From positions 32,001 through 96,000 of the forward strand of contig CAWJCS010000003.1 of the NCBI GenBank assembly GCA_963841435.1: a DNA stretch of 64,000 nt. Reading direction: 5' to 3'. The translations under genes were made by a program, and so were the position numbers. Below, one piece after another: positions 1-11,034 of this stretch. The notes under the pieces are model-generated. The model was given only the letters and a program-made list of their open reading frames with translations, searched no databases and had not been told where the DNA came from. This stretch comes from an uncultured delta proteobacterium (lineage in GTDB: Bacteria > Myxococcota_A > Polyangia > Polyangiales > Polyangiaceae). Every line of letters begins with the position of its first letter. Position 1 is the stretch's first letter.

Positions 1-588
1 GTGCGTCACCATCAGCGCCGTCGTCTGCTCGCGCTCGACGACGCCGAGCAGCACGTCTTGAAGCTCCATACGCGTCAGCGAGTCGAGCATGCCGAACGGC
101 TCGTCGAGCAGCAGCATCTTCGGAACGAGCGCGAGGGCCCGCGCGATCCCCACGCGCTGCTGCATCCCGCTCGACAGCTCCCCCGGCATGCGCGACAGCG
201 CGTCGCCGAGGCCGACGGTTTCGAGGACACGCACGGCATGCGCGCGCCGCTTCTTCTTTTCGTCGGCCGCGAAGACGCAATCGACGCCCAAAGAGACGTT
301 CTCGAGCGTCGCAAGCCAGGGGAGCAAGCAAGGCGACTGGAAGACCACGGCGCGATCGGGCCCGGGCTCCGTCACCTCGCGCCCGGCCACGATGATGGTG
401 CCGCCCGACGACTGGCTCAGGCCCGCGAGCATGCCGAGCACCGTCAACTTGCCGCAACCCGAGTGGCCGATGAGCGCGACGAACTCGCCCTTCTTCATGG
501 TGAGGTTGAAGTCCTCGACAATCACGGCGGGGCCGTTCGGCGTCGGGAACTCCTTTTTTACCTCGTGCAGCTCGACGTAGGCGCTCAT
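1..588 (-). CDS. nrtD: Nitrate ABC transporter ATP-binding subunit (NrtD-like), truncated by window edge
   Basis: Manual translation from ATG 588: [49 protein letters not shown] (Walker A with Leu for Ser), later VVFQSP..LLPW and [15 protein letters not shown]; last gene of nrt operon. Confidence 0.9.
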   Translation of the reverse strand, partial: MSAYVELHEVKKEFPTPNGPAVIVEDFNLTMKKGEFVALIGHSGCGKLTVLGMLAGLSQSSGGTIIVAGREVTEPGPDRAVVFQSPCLLPWLATLENVSLGVDCVFAADEKKKRRAHAVRVLETVGLGDALSRMPGELSSGMQQRVGIARALALVPKMLLLDEPFGMLDSLTRMELQDVLLGVVEREQTTALMVTH

Positions 589-1491
589 GCCGGTGCTCCC
601 TTCATCGTGGGCCCGACGGCTCCCGACGCGGGCACGGCGGGCTACGACGGCTTCGGGCGCGGCCTCGCCGTCGGGGATCGACTCGGCACGCGGCGGGCCG
701 GCTTTCGCCGAGGCCGCCTTCTCGCGCAACTCGCTCAGGTACGTGAGGATGTCGTTGCGCAACCGCTTGAAGGTAGCGTCGTGGTTGAGCGCCCGCTTGT
801 CGCGGGGCCGCGGGATCGTCACCTCGAAGGATGGCCCGAACGTGGCGTTCGGCCCGGGCGTCAGCGGCACGATTCGGTCGGCGAGCAGCAGGCCCTCGTC
901 GACGTCGTTGGTGACCATGACGACGGTCTTCTGCTGCTCTGCCCAGATGCGCTCGATCTCGCTCTGGAGCGACGAGCGCGTGAGCGCGTCGAGCGCCGAG
1001 AGTGGCTCGTCGAGCAGCAGCACCTCGGGATTCATCGCGAGCGCTCGCGCGACGGCAACGCGCTGGCGCATACCGCCCGAGAGCTCCTTCGGCTTCTTGT
1101 GCGGCGCGTGCCCGAGATTGACGAGGTCGAGGTGCTTGAGGACGTGCTCGCGCCGCTTTTTGGCCGTCCAGTCGGGAAAGACGCGATCGACGGCAAGCGC
1201 GATGTTTTGGTACGCGCTGAGCCAGGGCAAAAGCGAGTAGTTCTGGAACACCACGCCGCGCTCGGGGCCCGGACCCTGGATTGGCTTGCCGCGCAGCAGG
1301 ACGCGTCCCGAGTCGGGCGAGAGCAGACCCGCGATGAGCGAGATGAGGGTCGTTTTGCCGCTGCCCGAGAAGCCGAGGATGCACACGAACTCGCGCTCCT
1401 CGAGGCTGAGGTTCACGTCGTGAAGGACGCGAACCGTCTTCTTGCCGGCTCGAAAGCCCTTGGAGACGCCGGATAGCTCGAGAAAGCTCAT
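585..1491 (-). CDS. nrtC: Nitrate ABC transporter ATP-binding subunit (NrtC-like); reads in-frame into nrtD in this assembly, probably because of an indel near 640
   Basis: Manual translation from ATG 1491: [13 protein letters not shown]...[48 protein letters not shown]; shifted frame gives ...[11 protein letters not shown] overlapping the nrtD ATG. Confidence 0.88.
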
Positions 1492-1501
1492 GCCTTCGCC
1501 G

Positions 1502-2593
1502 TCACGCCTGGGCGCCCTGGTAGCTCACCATGTGCTCTAGCATCACCATGATGCGGTCGAGCGCGTAGCCGATGACGCCGATCGTGAAGACCGCCACCAT
1601 GATCGCCGAGAGCGTCTGACTGCTCCCGTTCTGGAACATGTCCCAGACGAACTTTCCGAGCCCGGGATTCTGCGCGAGCATCTCGGCGGCGATCAGCACC
1701 ATCCAGCCCACGCCGAGCGAGATGCGAAGCCCCGCGAAGATGTACGGCAAGGACGACGGGATCACGATCTTCCTGACGCGCGTGCTCCACGGAAGGTTCA
1801 GCACGCGCGCGACGTTCATGTGGTCCTTGTCGATCGACGTGACGCCGATGGCGGTGTTCACGAGCGTGGGCCAGAGCGAGCAGAGCGCCACCGTGAGCGC
1901 CGAGCTGATGAACGACTTTTCGAACCAGGCCTTTTCGGGGTCGGTGGTGTAGAGCGCCCCCACGGTGATCATCACGATCGGCAGCCAGGCAAGCGGCGAA
2001 ACGGGCTTGAAAAGCTGAACCATGGGATTGACGGCGGCGCTGAAGACCTTGCTCATGCCGCACAGAATGCCGATCGGGATGGCAATCAGGCTCGCAACGA
2101 GGAAGCCCGCGAACACGGTCTTCAGGCTCGTGAAGATCTGGTCGACGTAGGTGGGGCTCGCGGCGAAGCCACGGTGAGCGACCTTTTCGGCTCGCTCGTC
2201 GAAGTGCTTGGCGCGCTCGAGCAGCGCCGCGCGCGCGGAGCCCGACGCTTGCGCGGCTTTGGCACGAGCGATCGCGGCGTAGTGCTCTTCTTTCGCGGCA
2301 TCCTGCGCGCGCTCTTCGAAGAAGCGCTGCTCGGCGAGCCGCGTCTTCTGGTGGTCGGCGAGCAGGACGCCGCCCTCCTTCACGACGTCGGCAGGCGTCG
2401 GCAGGGTGCCGTACTTGGTGACGATCTTGTGCGAAGCCAGCGACCAGACGCCCAGAAACATCGCGAACGCGACCGACGGAATCACGAGACCCACGAGCTT
2501 TTGGCGAAGCCCTTCGAGCGCGCGCTCGCCCACGAGCTTGAGCTTCGGGAGCAGCGCCGCTGCCCCGGAAAGGGCCTGTTCGGGTGTCGTCAC
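1502..2593 (-). CDS. nrtB: Nitrate ABC transporter permease (NrtB)
   Basis: C-terminal part of ORF 1502..4102: [43 protein letters not shown] start at 2593. Confidence 0.92.
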   Translation of the reverse strand: MTTPEQALSGAAALLPKLKLVGERALEGLRQKLVGLVIPSVAFAMFLGVWSLASHKIVTKYGTLPTPADVVKEGGVLLADHQKTRLAEQRFFEERAQDAAKEEHYAAIARAKAAQASGSARAALLERAKHFDERAEKVAHRGFAASPTYVDQIFTSLKTVFAGFLVASLIAIPIGILCGMSKVFSAAVNPMVQLFKPVSPLAWLPIVMITVGALYTTDPEKAWFEKSFISSALTVALCSLWPTLVNTAIGVTSIDKDHMNVARVLNLPWSTRVRKIVIPSSLPYIFAGLRISLGVGWMVLIAAEMLAQNPGLGKFVWDMFQNGSSQTLSAIMVAVFTIGVIGYALDRIMVMLEHMVSYQGAQA

Positions 2594-2612
2594 TAGCGTT
2601 CTCCTTGTCGAT

Positions 2613-4044
2613 TCATGCGTCGTCCTTGAGGCCGATCTTGAACCCCTCGATGTATTCGAGAGGTTTCCGGCCGTCGTAGCGTCATGCCGTCGATGAACTC
2701 GGACGTCGCCGGCTTGTACCCGTCCGTTTCCCACGGCACCTCTTCGCGCTCGAGGTGGCCGTCCTCGACGAGCGCCGTGGCCGCCTCGCGATACACGTCC
2801 GGCAGGTAGACCTTCTTCGCCGTCTCGTGATAGAATGAATCCGGCTCTGCGCTGGCGATTTGCCCCCAGCGGCGCATCTGCGTCAGGAACCAGATCGCGT
2901 CGCTGTAGTACGGGTAAGTGCAGAAGTAGCGGAAGAACACGTTGAAGTCGGGCATGTCGCGCTTGTCGCTCTTCTGGAAATAGAAGTAGCCCGTCATGCT
3001 GTTCTTGATGACCTCCTCGTCCGCACCCACGTAGCTCTTGTTGGAAAGGATCTTGGAGGCCTCGTGCCGGTTCTCCATGCTCTCGTCGAGCCATTTTCCG
3101 GCGCGAATCAGCGCTTTCACGAGCGCCACGTGCGTCTTCTTGTTCTTCTCGGCGAAGGCGCGGCTCACGCCGAACACCTTCTCCTGCTTGTTCTTGTAAA
3201 TCTCGATGTTGGTGACGACCGGCACGCCGATGCCCTTGGCCACGGCCTGCTGGTTCCAGGGCTCGCCCACGCAATAGCCCTGGATCGTCCCCGCCTCGAG
3301 CGTCGCGGGCATCTGCGGCGGCGGCGTCACCGAAAGCTCGACGTCTGCCTTGTCGACGCCGCGCGTGTCGGTGGCAGTGTAAAAGCCCGGGTTGATACCC
3401 GCCGCAGCGAGCCAGTAGCGGATCTCGTAGTTGTGGGTGGAGACGGGGAACACCATTCCCATGCGAAGCGGCGTGCCCTTCGCCTTGAACTCCTTGACGA
3501 CGGGCACGAGTGCCGCGGCGCTGATGGGATGCGGCGGCGTCGGGCTCCTGAGCCTGGGGTTGACCGCCTGCATCTTCTTCCAGATCGCGTTCGAGACGGT
3601 GATGCCGTTGCCGTTCACGTCCATCGTGAAGGCCGTCACGACGTCGGCCTTGGTGCCGATACCGATGGTCGCGCCGAGGGGCTGACCGGCGAGCATGTGC
3701 GCGCCGTCGAGCTCGCCCGCGATCACGCGATCGAGCAGGATCTTCCAGTTCGCCTGCGCTTCGACCTCGACGTTGAGGCCCTCCTCTTTGAAGAAGCCCT
3801 TCTCCTTGGCGATGATGATCGGGGCACAGTCCGTCAGCTTGATGAAGCCGAGCTTGAGGTCGGGTTTCTCGAGCTCGTTGCCTGGTAGGGCCATGGCGGC
3901 GAGGTCCGCGGAGCTCGACGGAACGGCGTCGACCTTCGGCGCCTCCTTCTTGCTGCAGGCAATGGCCGCCGCGCCGAGCGCCAGGCCGCCGAGCTGGCGG
4001 CGCGTCATGCGCGCGGTCTCGGGTGCTTCGTCGGACCTTTTCAT
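2613..4044 (-). CDS. nrtA: Nitrate ABC transporter substrate-binding protein (NrtA/CmpA family), twin-arginine-like/lipoprotein leader; frameshift near 2680
   Basis: [60 protein letters not shown]; true end [21 protein letters not shown] lies in an adjacent frame. Confidence 0.95.
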
Positions 4045-4140
4045 GATGACTCCAGAGGGGGAAGCACGGAACGATCATCGAGATGCGTCGCCGCACGATC
4101 AAGGGCGAAGGGGGTGGATCGTAGAGCGCCGCTCGTTGTC

Positions 4141-4250
4141 GGCACGTTTCCGAAACGTTGACGAATCACCGGGCGTCGTATCGAAACAGTATCGAGCCGA
4201 CGCGGCGCCGTCGTGAAACATCGCGACGCGGCGAGCCGGCTCCCGAAACG
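4141..4250. promoter_or_regulatory. Phased GAAAC array and ACGTTTC-C-GAAACGT palindrome upstream of nrtA (putative operator)
   Basis: GAAAC at 4152, 4183, 4215, 4245 (31/32/30 bp apart); palindrome 4144-4158. Confidence 0.6.
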
Positions 4251-4305
4251 TCGCCCACCCTCTCGGGTGAGCTGTGCGTCGATCACGCGCGCCTCACGGC
4301 ATGGG

Positions 4306-5909
4306 TCACTTGAGCTCATAGCCGAACTGCAGCTCGAAGAAGTGCAAGGGATCGCCAGCGGCGCCCTTGTCGGGTGACTTCGGAGTCCAGAAATCCTCGT
4401 TCGGCAGGAACACGCCGTAGAGCCCGCGGAGCGAGAAGCCCTTGCCGATGGCGTAGGCGACGTTGAAATCGATCTCCTCGCCGACCGCGCCGTGCTTGTG
4501 GTCCGCGCCGCGCTTGGGACGCGCGAAGTAGTGGCCGTCGAGCAGGAAGGTGACGGGCTCGATGGCGTATTTCACGTGCAGGACGCCGCTCAGCACGTTG
4601 GTGCGCGGCCCCATCACGTCCATCAAGCCGAGCCACTTGTGCGAGGTGGGGTAAAGCTCGTCGTAGCCTTCGTCCTCGTCGAGCGTGTTCACGTCGTCGC
4701 CCGAGGCGACGAGCCCCTCGAGCCCCACGCGAAAGCCGGCTGCCGGGAGCACGCCGATCTCGCCGTCTAGCTGGTACGCCGTCTTGCTCTTGGTGTCGGG
4801 TCGCGGCACCAAAAACGTCGGAGCGATCGGCTTCTTACCGAACTGGAAGCCGGCCTCGGCGCGATAGTCGACGATGGCGGCCTTGCCCTTGACGCGCGCG
4901 CCGAGCGTCGCCTCGGTCGCGGACTTCTGACGGCCGAGCGCGGTGCTCGTCGGGTCCATCGGATCGGCGACGACGACCTTGCTGTTCTTCTCGGGCGTGA
5001 GGAACAGGGCGTAGACGTCGAGGTCGTAGTCCTTCGCGACGAGCGGCCCGAGACCCGCGTAAACGCCGTAGAAATACGTATCGCCCGCGACGGGTTTCTG
5101 GGTGACCGAGCGCCCTTCGACGATGATCGAGCCGAACGCGTCGATGTAAAATGGCGTCTCGCTCGGCGTGAGGTGGAGGCGTGCGCCGTTGAAGGCGCGC
5201 GCCGCTTCGTTCCAGCCAAGATCGCCGATCACGAGCGCGTCGCCGTAGTTCATGGAAAAGCGTCCGGCATCGACGCGGTAGTGGTCGCTGCCGACGCTCG
5301 CATAACCCTCGTAGAGTTGGATCGGAGGGCTGTCGCTCACGGTCGGCGCCGCGCCGGCGTTCTCGCCCCACGTGTAGGCCGCCTGCGGCGCGACCGTCGC
5401 CGACACCGAGACGCCGTCGCCCACGTCGACGGGCGTCGTCTTCACGGTGAGACGCGCACGCGAGACGACGTAGTCGCCTTCGCGGTGCAGGCGCGGATGC
5501 GTGAGGCCGTGCTCCTGGTAGTTGTCACGCAGCTCGTAGCGGCTCCAGATCGATGCGCCGAGCTTGAACGGCCCCTCGGGGGGCGCTTCCGCGGCCGGGG
5601 CGGGCACAGCAGGCGCCGCAGCCGGAAGAGCGGGCTCCGGGGCGGCGGGTGCTTCTGGCGGCATGGCCGCGGGCGGCGGCGCTGGCTCCGCGACCAGAGC
5701 GGGCACGGCGGGGGTAGTGCCAGCAGCGGCCGGCGGCTCGGCCGCTGGCGGCGGCGCCGCGGGTGCCGCGGGCGCGGAGCCGGTGCCACCGTCGGAGGCG
5801 CCGCGGGAGCGGCCGGGACGGTCGGTGTCTGCGCGCCCGCAGCGCGCGCCGAGAGCACCAACGACAACAGCCCCTCGGCAACCACGATCGAGCGATGAAT
5901 TGGAAGCAA
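4306..5909 (-). CDS. Alginate-export-family outer-membrane beta-barrel (putative nitrate/nitrite porin) with Pro/Ala-rich N-terminal linker; frameshift near 5770
   Basis: RYELRDN, LYEGY, GRFSMNYGD..VIGDLGW...ARAFNG, LYPTSHKWLGLMD, aromatic C-terminus FGYELK; GGAGG RBS then TTG at 5909 with signal peptide ..LLSLVLSARAAGAQ. Confidence 0.82.
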
Positions 5910-6024
5910 CGAAGTTCCTCCAGGCGAGAAAGCGAATGGCTTTCGAAGCTCACTGTCGCCCGTGCGAACACGCGCGAACAATCCCCTCGGGACCCGATCT
6001 CACCGTGATTTTGGGTTCTCGGCT

Positions 6025-6130
6025 TGTTTCCGAAACGATCGCGCAATGCGCGTCGTCGAATCGAAACTCACTCCCCGGGGTGGATACGGCGGAGACACGT
6101 TCGTCGCCCTCCGTGCTCGCGCGAAACGTA
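6025..6130. promoter_or_regulatory. Phased GAAAC array and GTTTC-C-GAAAC palindrome upstream of porin gene
   Basis: GAAAC at 6032, 6063, 6123 with GATAC 6083 and GACAC 6094 in phase; same palindrome as at 4146. Confidence 0.6.
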
Positions 6131-6210
6131 CGTCGATTCGCGCCCCACCACCCGACGCGAGACGCGCTCCATGCGCCGCGGAGCGCGCATCGATCACGGG
6201 CGCGGATGGC

Positions 6211-7698
6211 TCAATTCGGAACGATGCGGTCCGTGGGGTTCCAAAGGTACTGGACCCGGAACGTACCGTCGGCCGAAATCACGCTGCCCCAGACCGTCTG
6301 CGACGCCTGGTGGTTGGTGGACGAGAAGCTGAGGAGCGTGCCGATGCCGATGTCGAGGTTCTGCACGCGACCATCGAGTGTCTGCCGGAGCCGCTCGGTG
6401 TCGAGGGTGGGGCCGTTGAGCAGAAGCGCGCGCGTAAAAAGGCGTGCGGCGATGTAGCCCTCGAGCGAGGTGAACGAATAGTCGCCGCCGTCGAAGCGAT
6501 CGATGTCGGCGCGGTAGTCGGCCACGCCCTCGGCCTGCGTGTCGTAGTAGGGCACCACCTCGGTCACCATCACGCCCTCGGCGTAGCTTCGCTCGGTTCG
6601 TCCGTCGCGCACGTCAACGTAGCGCTCCGGGGGGCTCGTCAGGGCGTCGGCAAGCGCGTTGGAGCCGACGAACGAGACGTGCATGAACGCCAGATCGAGG
6701 CGTGTTGCGCGCTCGAGATCGGCGTTCACCCAGTCGAGCACGGCGCGGATGAATTTGTTGCCGGGCTGGTACGTGTCGACCATGACCACGCCCGCCGAGA
6801 GCAGCCCTGATTCGTCGCGCAGGAGGTCTTCGAGCACGCGCTCGGCCTCGACGATGGCAGGCCCCACGCTCTCGACGTCCTCGCGGTCGTAGTACAGACG
6901 CGCGATCGAGGGATCCGGCTTGGTCGAATCGGGCTGTGGCAGCGGCGAGAGCCGGTTGTAGGCGTTGACGAGGCCGCCGTAGCCGGCATCTCCGTAGCTG
7001 TCGCGCTGCGTGAACGCGATGACGTGGCGGTACGACTCGCCGGGCGGCGACGTGATGATGCGCGGCTGACGGTAGGTGGCCATGTAGTCGACCATGGCGT
7101 CCGTCTCCTGGTAGTAGCCGGCGCGGTAGTTGTAGACGTACGGCGAGTTCGTTCCGTCGCGCAGGTATTTTTGCGCGCCCGTGAAGGGCGCGAAAAAGAG
7201 CGTCTTGTTCTTCGTCGCCACGGGCGCCGTCTCGAGCATCGTGGGCGTGCCGATGTTACCGAGCAGCGCGAACACGGAATCCTTGCCGCGCACGTCGGGG
7301 GCGTCGGGGCCCGCGGCTTCCTCTTCGATGTCGAGCAGCGCCTTGGTGTTCTCGAGCGCGAGCGCGGGGTCGTAGTTGTCGTTCATACTGCGCAGCACGA
7401 GCTCGCGACCGAACACGCCGCCCTGGCCATTGACGCGTGAGAACAGGGCCAGGATGCCACGCCGCATCTCGATGCCGAGGTCCTGGCTCGGGCCCTGCAG
7501 CGGCCCGCTCATGCCGATGGTGAGCGGCTGATCGCCGGCGGCGATGCACGCCGAGCGCCCCGACACGCTGCCGCACACCTCGCCACCCGAGCAATCGGCG
7601 TCGCTGCGGCAGCTGAAGTGCGTGCCGCCGAGATCCGGCGACGAGCAGCCGAACGCGACGCCGAGCCACGCGAGGACGACGGAAGGACGCGAGAGCAC
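6211..7698 (-). CDS. Lipoprotein with Cys-rich N-terminal module and type I (LivK-like) periplasmic binding domain
   Basis: Lipobox-like VAFGC, CRSDADCSGGEVC, IGMSGPLQGPSQDLG, NGQGGVFGR, FALLGNIGTPT, SLEGYIAA. Confidence 0.85.
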   Translation of the reverse strand: MLSRPSVVLAWLGVAFGCSSPDLGGTHFSCRSDADCSGGEVCGSVSGRSACIAAGDQPLTIGMSGPLQGPSQDLGIEMRRGILALFSRVNGQGGVFGRELVLRSMNDNYDPALALENTKALLDIEEEAAGPDAPDVRGKDSVFALLGNIGTPTMLETAPVATKNKTLFFAPFTGAQKYLRDGTNSPYVYNYRAGYYQETDAMVDYMATYRQPRIITSPPGESYRHVIAFTQRDSYGDAGYGGLVNAYNRLSPLPQPDSTKPDPSIARLYYDREDVESVGPAIVEAERVLEDLLRDESGLLSAGVVMVDTYQPGNKFIRAVLDWVNADLERATRLDLAFMHVSFVGSNALADALTSPPERYVDVRDGRTERSYAEGVMVTEVVPYYDTQAEGVADYRADIDRFDGGDYSFTSLEGYIAARLFTRALLLNGPTLDTERLRQTLDGRVQNLDIGIGTLLSFSSTNHQASQTVWGSVISADGTFRVQYLWNPTDRIVPN

Positions 7699-7701
7699 GA
7701 C

Positions 7702-8568
7702 TCAGAAGCTCCCGAAGAGGGCGAGCGTGCCGCCCTCGGGGCCGGCGTCGAGCGCGACCGCGACGCTGCCGCGCTCGCCCGGCGTCTCGCGCCCGGCGCC
7801 CGTGAAGAAGAGCACGGCGGACGTGCCGACGAGCGCCCCGCCCAGGCCGAGACCGAGACCACCGAGCAGCTTCTTGGTATTGCCGGACCGCACGTAGCGT
7901 TCCGCCTCCGCTTCGGTCATGGGGTGAACGCCGTGGGGGTCGCCGTAGCCGGGGGCGCTCGTCACCTTGTCGTGATCGCGTGCGCCGAACACGTAGACGA
8001 CGGCGCCCGCAGCGGCGATGGCGACGCCGCCGCCGAGCGCCACCCACGGCAAGATGGCTCGCGCGCCGTGCCCGCTCGCCGGTGGCGCCGAGGGCTCGTG
8101 CGGCGCCCGGTCGGGCTCCGGCACGAACTCCGCGCGCGAGCGAAGCTCTTCGGCGCGCAGCCTTCGGAGCGCCGCGAGCGACGACTCGGCGCGCAGTCGA
8201 CCTTCGGCATCGGCACCGGGTGCTGCGACGAACGCCTCGTATTTCTCGATGGCCAGGCGCGTCTCACCGAGTCTTTCGTAACAGCGGCCGAGGTTGAAGA
8301 GCAGGTTCGAATCGTGATCGATGGCGTACGCTTCGACGAACTTCTCGATCGCGAGGCGATAGTCGCCCGCGGCGTAGTACGCCGAGCCGGCCTCGTTGAG
8401 CTCGGCGATCCGCGCGACGTCCGACGTCGCGGCGACGAGCCCCGGTGGCTTGTCCGCGGCACGGGCCGGGGGCGCGCCGAGCACCGCGAAAAGCACGACA
8501 CTCGTGACGAGGGGTAAAAGACGCGGGCAACGGTGCATGGTGGTCTCACGGCTGGGTGGCAGGGTCAT
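7702..8568 (-). CDS. Exported TPR protein with C-terminal hydrophobic segments (myxobacterial type)
   Basis: Signal peptide ..PARAA, TPR helices AYYAAGDYRLAIEKFVEAY / LLFNLGRCYERLG, Gly-rich hydrophobic C-terminal segments. Confidence 0.8.
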   Translation of the reverse strand: MTLPPSRETTMHRCPRLLPLVTSVVLFAVLGAPPARAADKPPGLVAATSDVARIAELNEAGSAYYAAGDYRLAIEKFVEAYAIDHDSNLLFNLGRCYERLGETRLAIEKYEAFVAAPGADAEGRLRAESSLAALRRLRAEELRSRAEFVPEPDRAPHEPSAPPASGHGARAILPWVALGGGVAIAAAGAVVYVFGARDHDKVTSAPGYGDPHGVHPMTEAEAERYVRSGNTKKLLGGLGLGLGGALVGTSAVLFFTGAGRETPGERGSVAVALDAGPEGGTLALFGSF

Positions 8569-10151
8569 TCGAGCAAGCGCGGGCGCTTTCGCTCCTCGAG
8601 CAGGTGCGCGCGCGGCGGGGCGGCCACGGCCGCATCGGTGGGCTTCGCCCCGGATGGCGCGACGGGCGGTGTGGGCTCCGACACCGCTGCGAGCGCGGCG
8701 CCCGTCGTGATGGTGCGACGCGGCGCGGGCGGTACCGCTCTTTGCGTCCGCTCGCGCGAGCGCGGCGGCGCTCGGTCGGCCTTGGGCTTCGAGCTCGGCT
8801 CGACGGCGGGTCGAGCCGGCGCGACGACGGGCGCCGCGCGGTCACGCTCGGGCGCCGTCGCACGCTCGGCCGCGGCGTGCCCGTTGACGCTCGTCGCCGT
8901 CGGCAGGGCGACCGGAGCGTTTGCGTCGGGCGCGGTGTGCGAGCCGCCGAGCGAGCGCATACCCAAGAATCCCGCGGCGAGCGCGAGCACCGAGGCGAGC
9001 ACGACCCAGAGGGCACGCGGCTTGGAGCGCGCCCAGCCTTGCTCGGGCTCGGCACCGAAGACGGTCGCGGGGACCGAGCTCTGGCCCGTCGCCATCCCGG
9101 CGACGGGCGTCAGCGGGGCGCTCGAGGGCGGCTCGCTCAGCAGGCTCGGGCGGCCGCGCAACACCGAGCTCGAGCGCTCGGCGTGCAATCGCGCCCGCGA
9201 CGGCGCGAACGGGAGGAGCGCGTTGGCGAGCTCGGCGGCATTCTGGAAGCGCTCCGCCGCCTCTTTTCTCAGGCAACGCTCGATGACGGCGGCAAGCTCG
9301 GGGGAAGCCCCTGCGCAATGCGCCGAAAGCACGGGTGGCGTCGCCTCGAGCACGAGCGCGCACACGGCGGTGACCGTCTCGCCCGCAAACGCCGGGCGCC
9401 CCGTGAGCAGCTCGAACAGCACGACACCGAGCGACCAGAGATCGGTGCGGTGGTCGACCTCCGTCGTGCCCCGGATCTGCTCGGGCGACATGTAGAGCGG
9501 CGTGCCCATCAGGCACGCGGTCTCGGCCACGTGGATCTCCTTGCCGAAGGGACGTGCAGCGAGGGCCGTTTTCGAAATGCCGAAGTCGAGCACCTTGACG
9601 ATGTCGAGGTCTCCACGGCGCGTGAGAAACAGGTTCTCGGGCTTGACGTCGCGGTGCGTGATGCCCGCCGCGTGCGCGAGAGCGAGCGCCTCGCACACCT
9701 GCATGACGTACTCGCTGGCTCGCCGCACGGAGAGCGGGCCGCCCTGCTGCAGCAGGGCCGCGAGGTTTTGCCCTTCCAGGTACTCCATCACCATGTACGG
9801 ACCGAGCGGCGGCGCCACGCCGACGTCGATCACCCTGACGATGTGCTCGCTACCGAGGTGCGCCGACGCCTTCGCTTCGCGAGCAAAACGCGAGAGCACG
9901 TCGGGCATGCGGTGCACCTCGGGCCGGATGCACTTGATGGCCACGAGCTCGTCGAGCTCGAGGTGGCGCGCCGCGAGCACGATGCCCATCGCACCCTCGC
10001 CGATGACCCGCTCGACCCGGTATTTGCCCGCAATCACCGCGCCCGGGAACGCATCCTCGGGAGGCGGTCCGAGGCTCCGCTCCACGCGCACACCGGTGAA
10101 CGATTCGCTCGCCCCGCTACCCACCCGCTCGACCAGCGGTGGAGCCGTCAC
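8565..10151 (-). CDS. Membrane Hanks-type Ser/Thr protein kinase
   Basis: IGEGAMG, VAIK, HRDVKPEN, DFG, GTPLYMSPE, DLWSLG; TM helix then Pro/Ala-rich tail; GGAGG before GTG 10151. Confidence 0.93.
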   Translation of the reverse strand: MTAPPLVERVGSGASESFTGVRVERSLGPPPEDAFPGAVIAGKYRVERVIGEGAMGIVLAARHLELDELVAIKCIRPEVHRMPDVLSRFAREAKASAHLGSEHIVRVIDVGVAPPLGPYMVMEYLEGQNLAALLQQGGPLSVRRASEYVMQVCEALALAHAAGITHRDVKPENLFLTRRGDLDIVKVLDFGISKTALAARPFGKEIHVAETACLMGTPLYMSPEQIRGTTEVDHRTDLWSLGVVLFELLTGRPAFAGETVTAVCALVLEATPPVLSAHCAGASPELAAVIERCLRKEAAERFQNAAELANALLPFAPSRARLHAERSSSVLRGRPSLLSEPPSSAPLTPVAGMATGQSSVPATVFGAEPEQGWARSKPRALWVVLASVLALAAGFLGMRSLGGSHTAPDANAPVALPTATSVNGHAAAERATAPERDRAAPVVAPARPAVEPSSKPKADRAPPRSRERTQRAVPPAPRRTITTGAALAAVSEPTPPVAPSGAKPTDAAVAAPPRAHLLEERKRPRLLE

Positions 10152-10405
10152 GCGCCCACCTCCGATCCGCGACCTTGCCCGGACCCTCGGCACGCTTGCA
10201 TGGGGATACTTTCGCACTCGCGGTGTGACCGAAAAATGCGTGGTTCGGCAATTGACTCGTGATGCGCGCTCACGAATCAGCGCCGCGCGGTTCCCGAAGC
10301 GGTGCACGGGCGCCGAAACTTCGCAGAACCGGCGCCTCGCCCCACCCCCTTCGGACCTTTTCGACGACGCGGCGCGACGCCGTCGCTCGGCAGCGCGAGC
10401 GGCGC

Positions 10406-10864
10406 CTAGCGGACCGCTTCGGGAAGCCGGCGGACGGCGCTTTCGACGGCGGCCTGCAGGGCGGCGTCGCGGGCGGCGGCGAGATCGGTGCCGGACTCTT
10501 CGGCGGTGGCATGGCCGTTGAGCACGGCGTGGAGCACCTGGCCGCGAGCGCGGCAGAGCACGAGCGAGACGGCGGCGGTCGCGCGCACGGACGCGCTGTC
10601 TTTTTCGCCGTCGAGCCGCTCGAGCGTCGCGCTCAGCACGAAGCGCTCGCCTGCGCGGGCGACGGGCATTTTTTCCACCTCGCGCTCGAGCGCCCGTCGC
10701 AGCGCGGGCACGAAGGGGCCCGCGGGAGCGTTGGCACGCACCTCGCCGAGCGAGACCGCCGACTGGCCCGCCCGCGTGGCGGGCGCGAGGGCGAGAACGG
10801 AGACGATCAGGCCGGGCATGAGCCGGCGGCGGACGGACGTCGAGATCGACGCGGCTTGCGCCAT
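10406..10864 (-). CDS. Hypothetical exported protein
   Basis: AAGGAGG RBS, signal peptide ..VLALAPATRA, GC-rich codon usage. Confidence 0.6.
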   Translation of the reverse strand: MAQAASISTSVRRRLMPGLIVSVLALAPATRAGQSAVSLGEVRANAPAGPFVPALRRALEREVEKMPVARAGERFVLSATLERLDGEKDSASVRATAAVSLVLCRARGQVLHAVLNGHATAEESGTDLAAARDAALQAAVESAVRRLPEAVR

Positions 10865-11034
10865 GAGTCACCTCCTTGTCGCGGCGGAGCAGGGGCAGCG
10901 ATCGATCCGCGCGCGAACCGTGAGTGCCATGGGCTCGACACCGACGCCGAGCCGTCCGGATGGGCTATCAGGGCCGGAGCAACCGGGCCAAATTCGCGCT
11001 CACGCCGCGCACACCTTCGATAAGCTCGCGCGGT

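Noticed and set aside
1502-4102. 866-aa NrtB with huge N-terminal domain
   Set aside because: N-terminal part is an out-of-frame shadow of nrtA; permease starts at 2593
4045-4305. ANTAR (NasT) dual-hairpin leader
   Set aside because: No clear pair of hexaloop hairpins or terminator seen, and no nasT/nasS in the window; signal looks like phased DNA sites
10914-10929. Sigma-54 promoter TGGCAC upstream of hypothetical gene
   Set aside because: The -12 element reads GTTC rather than TTGC; insufficient support
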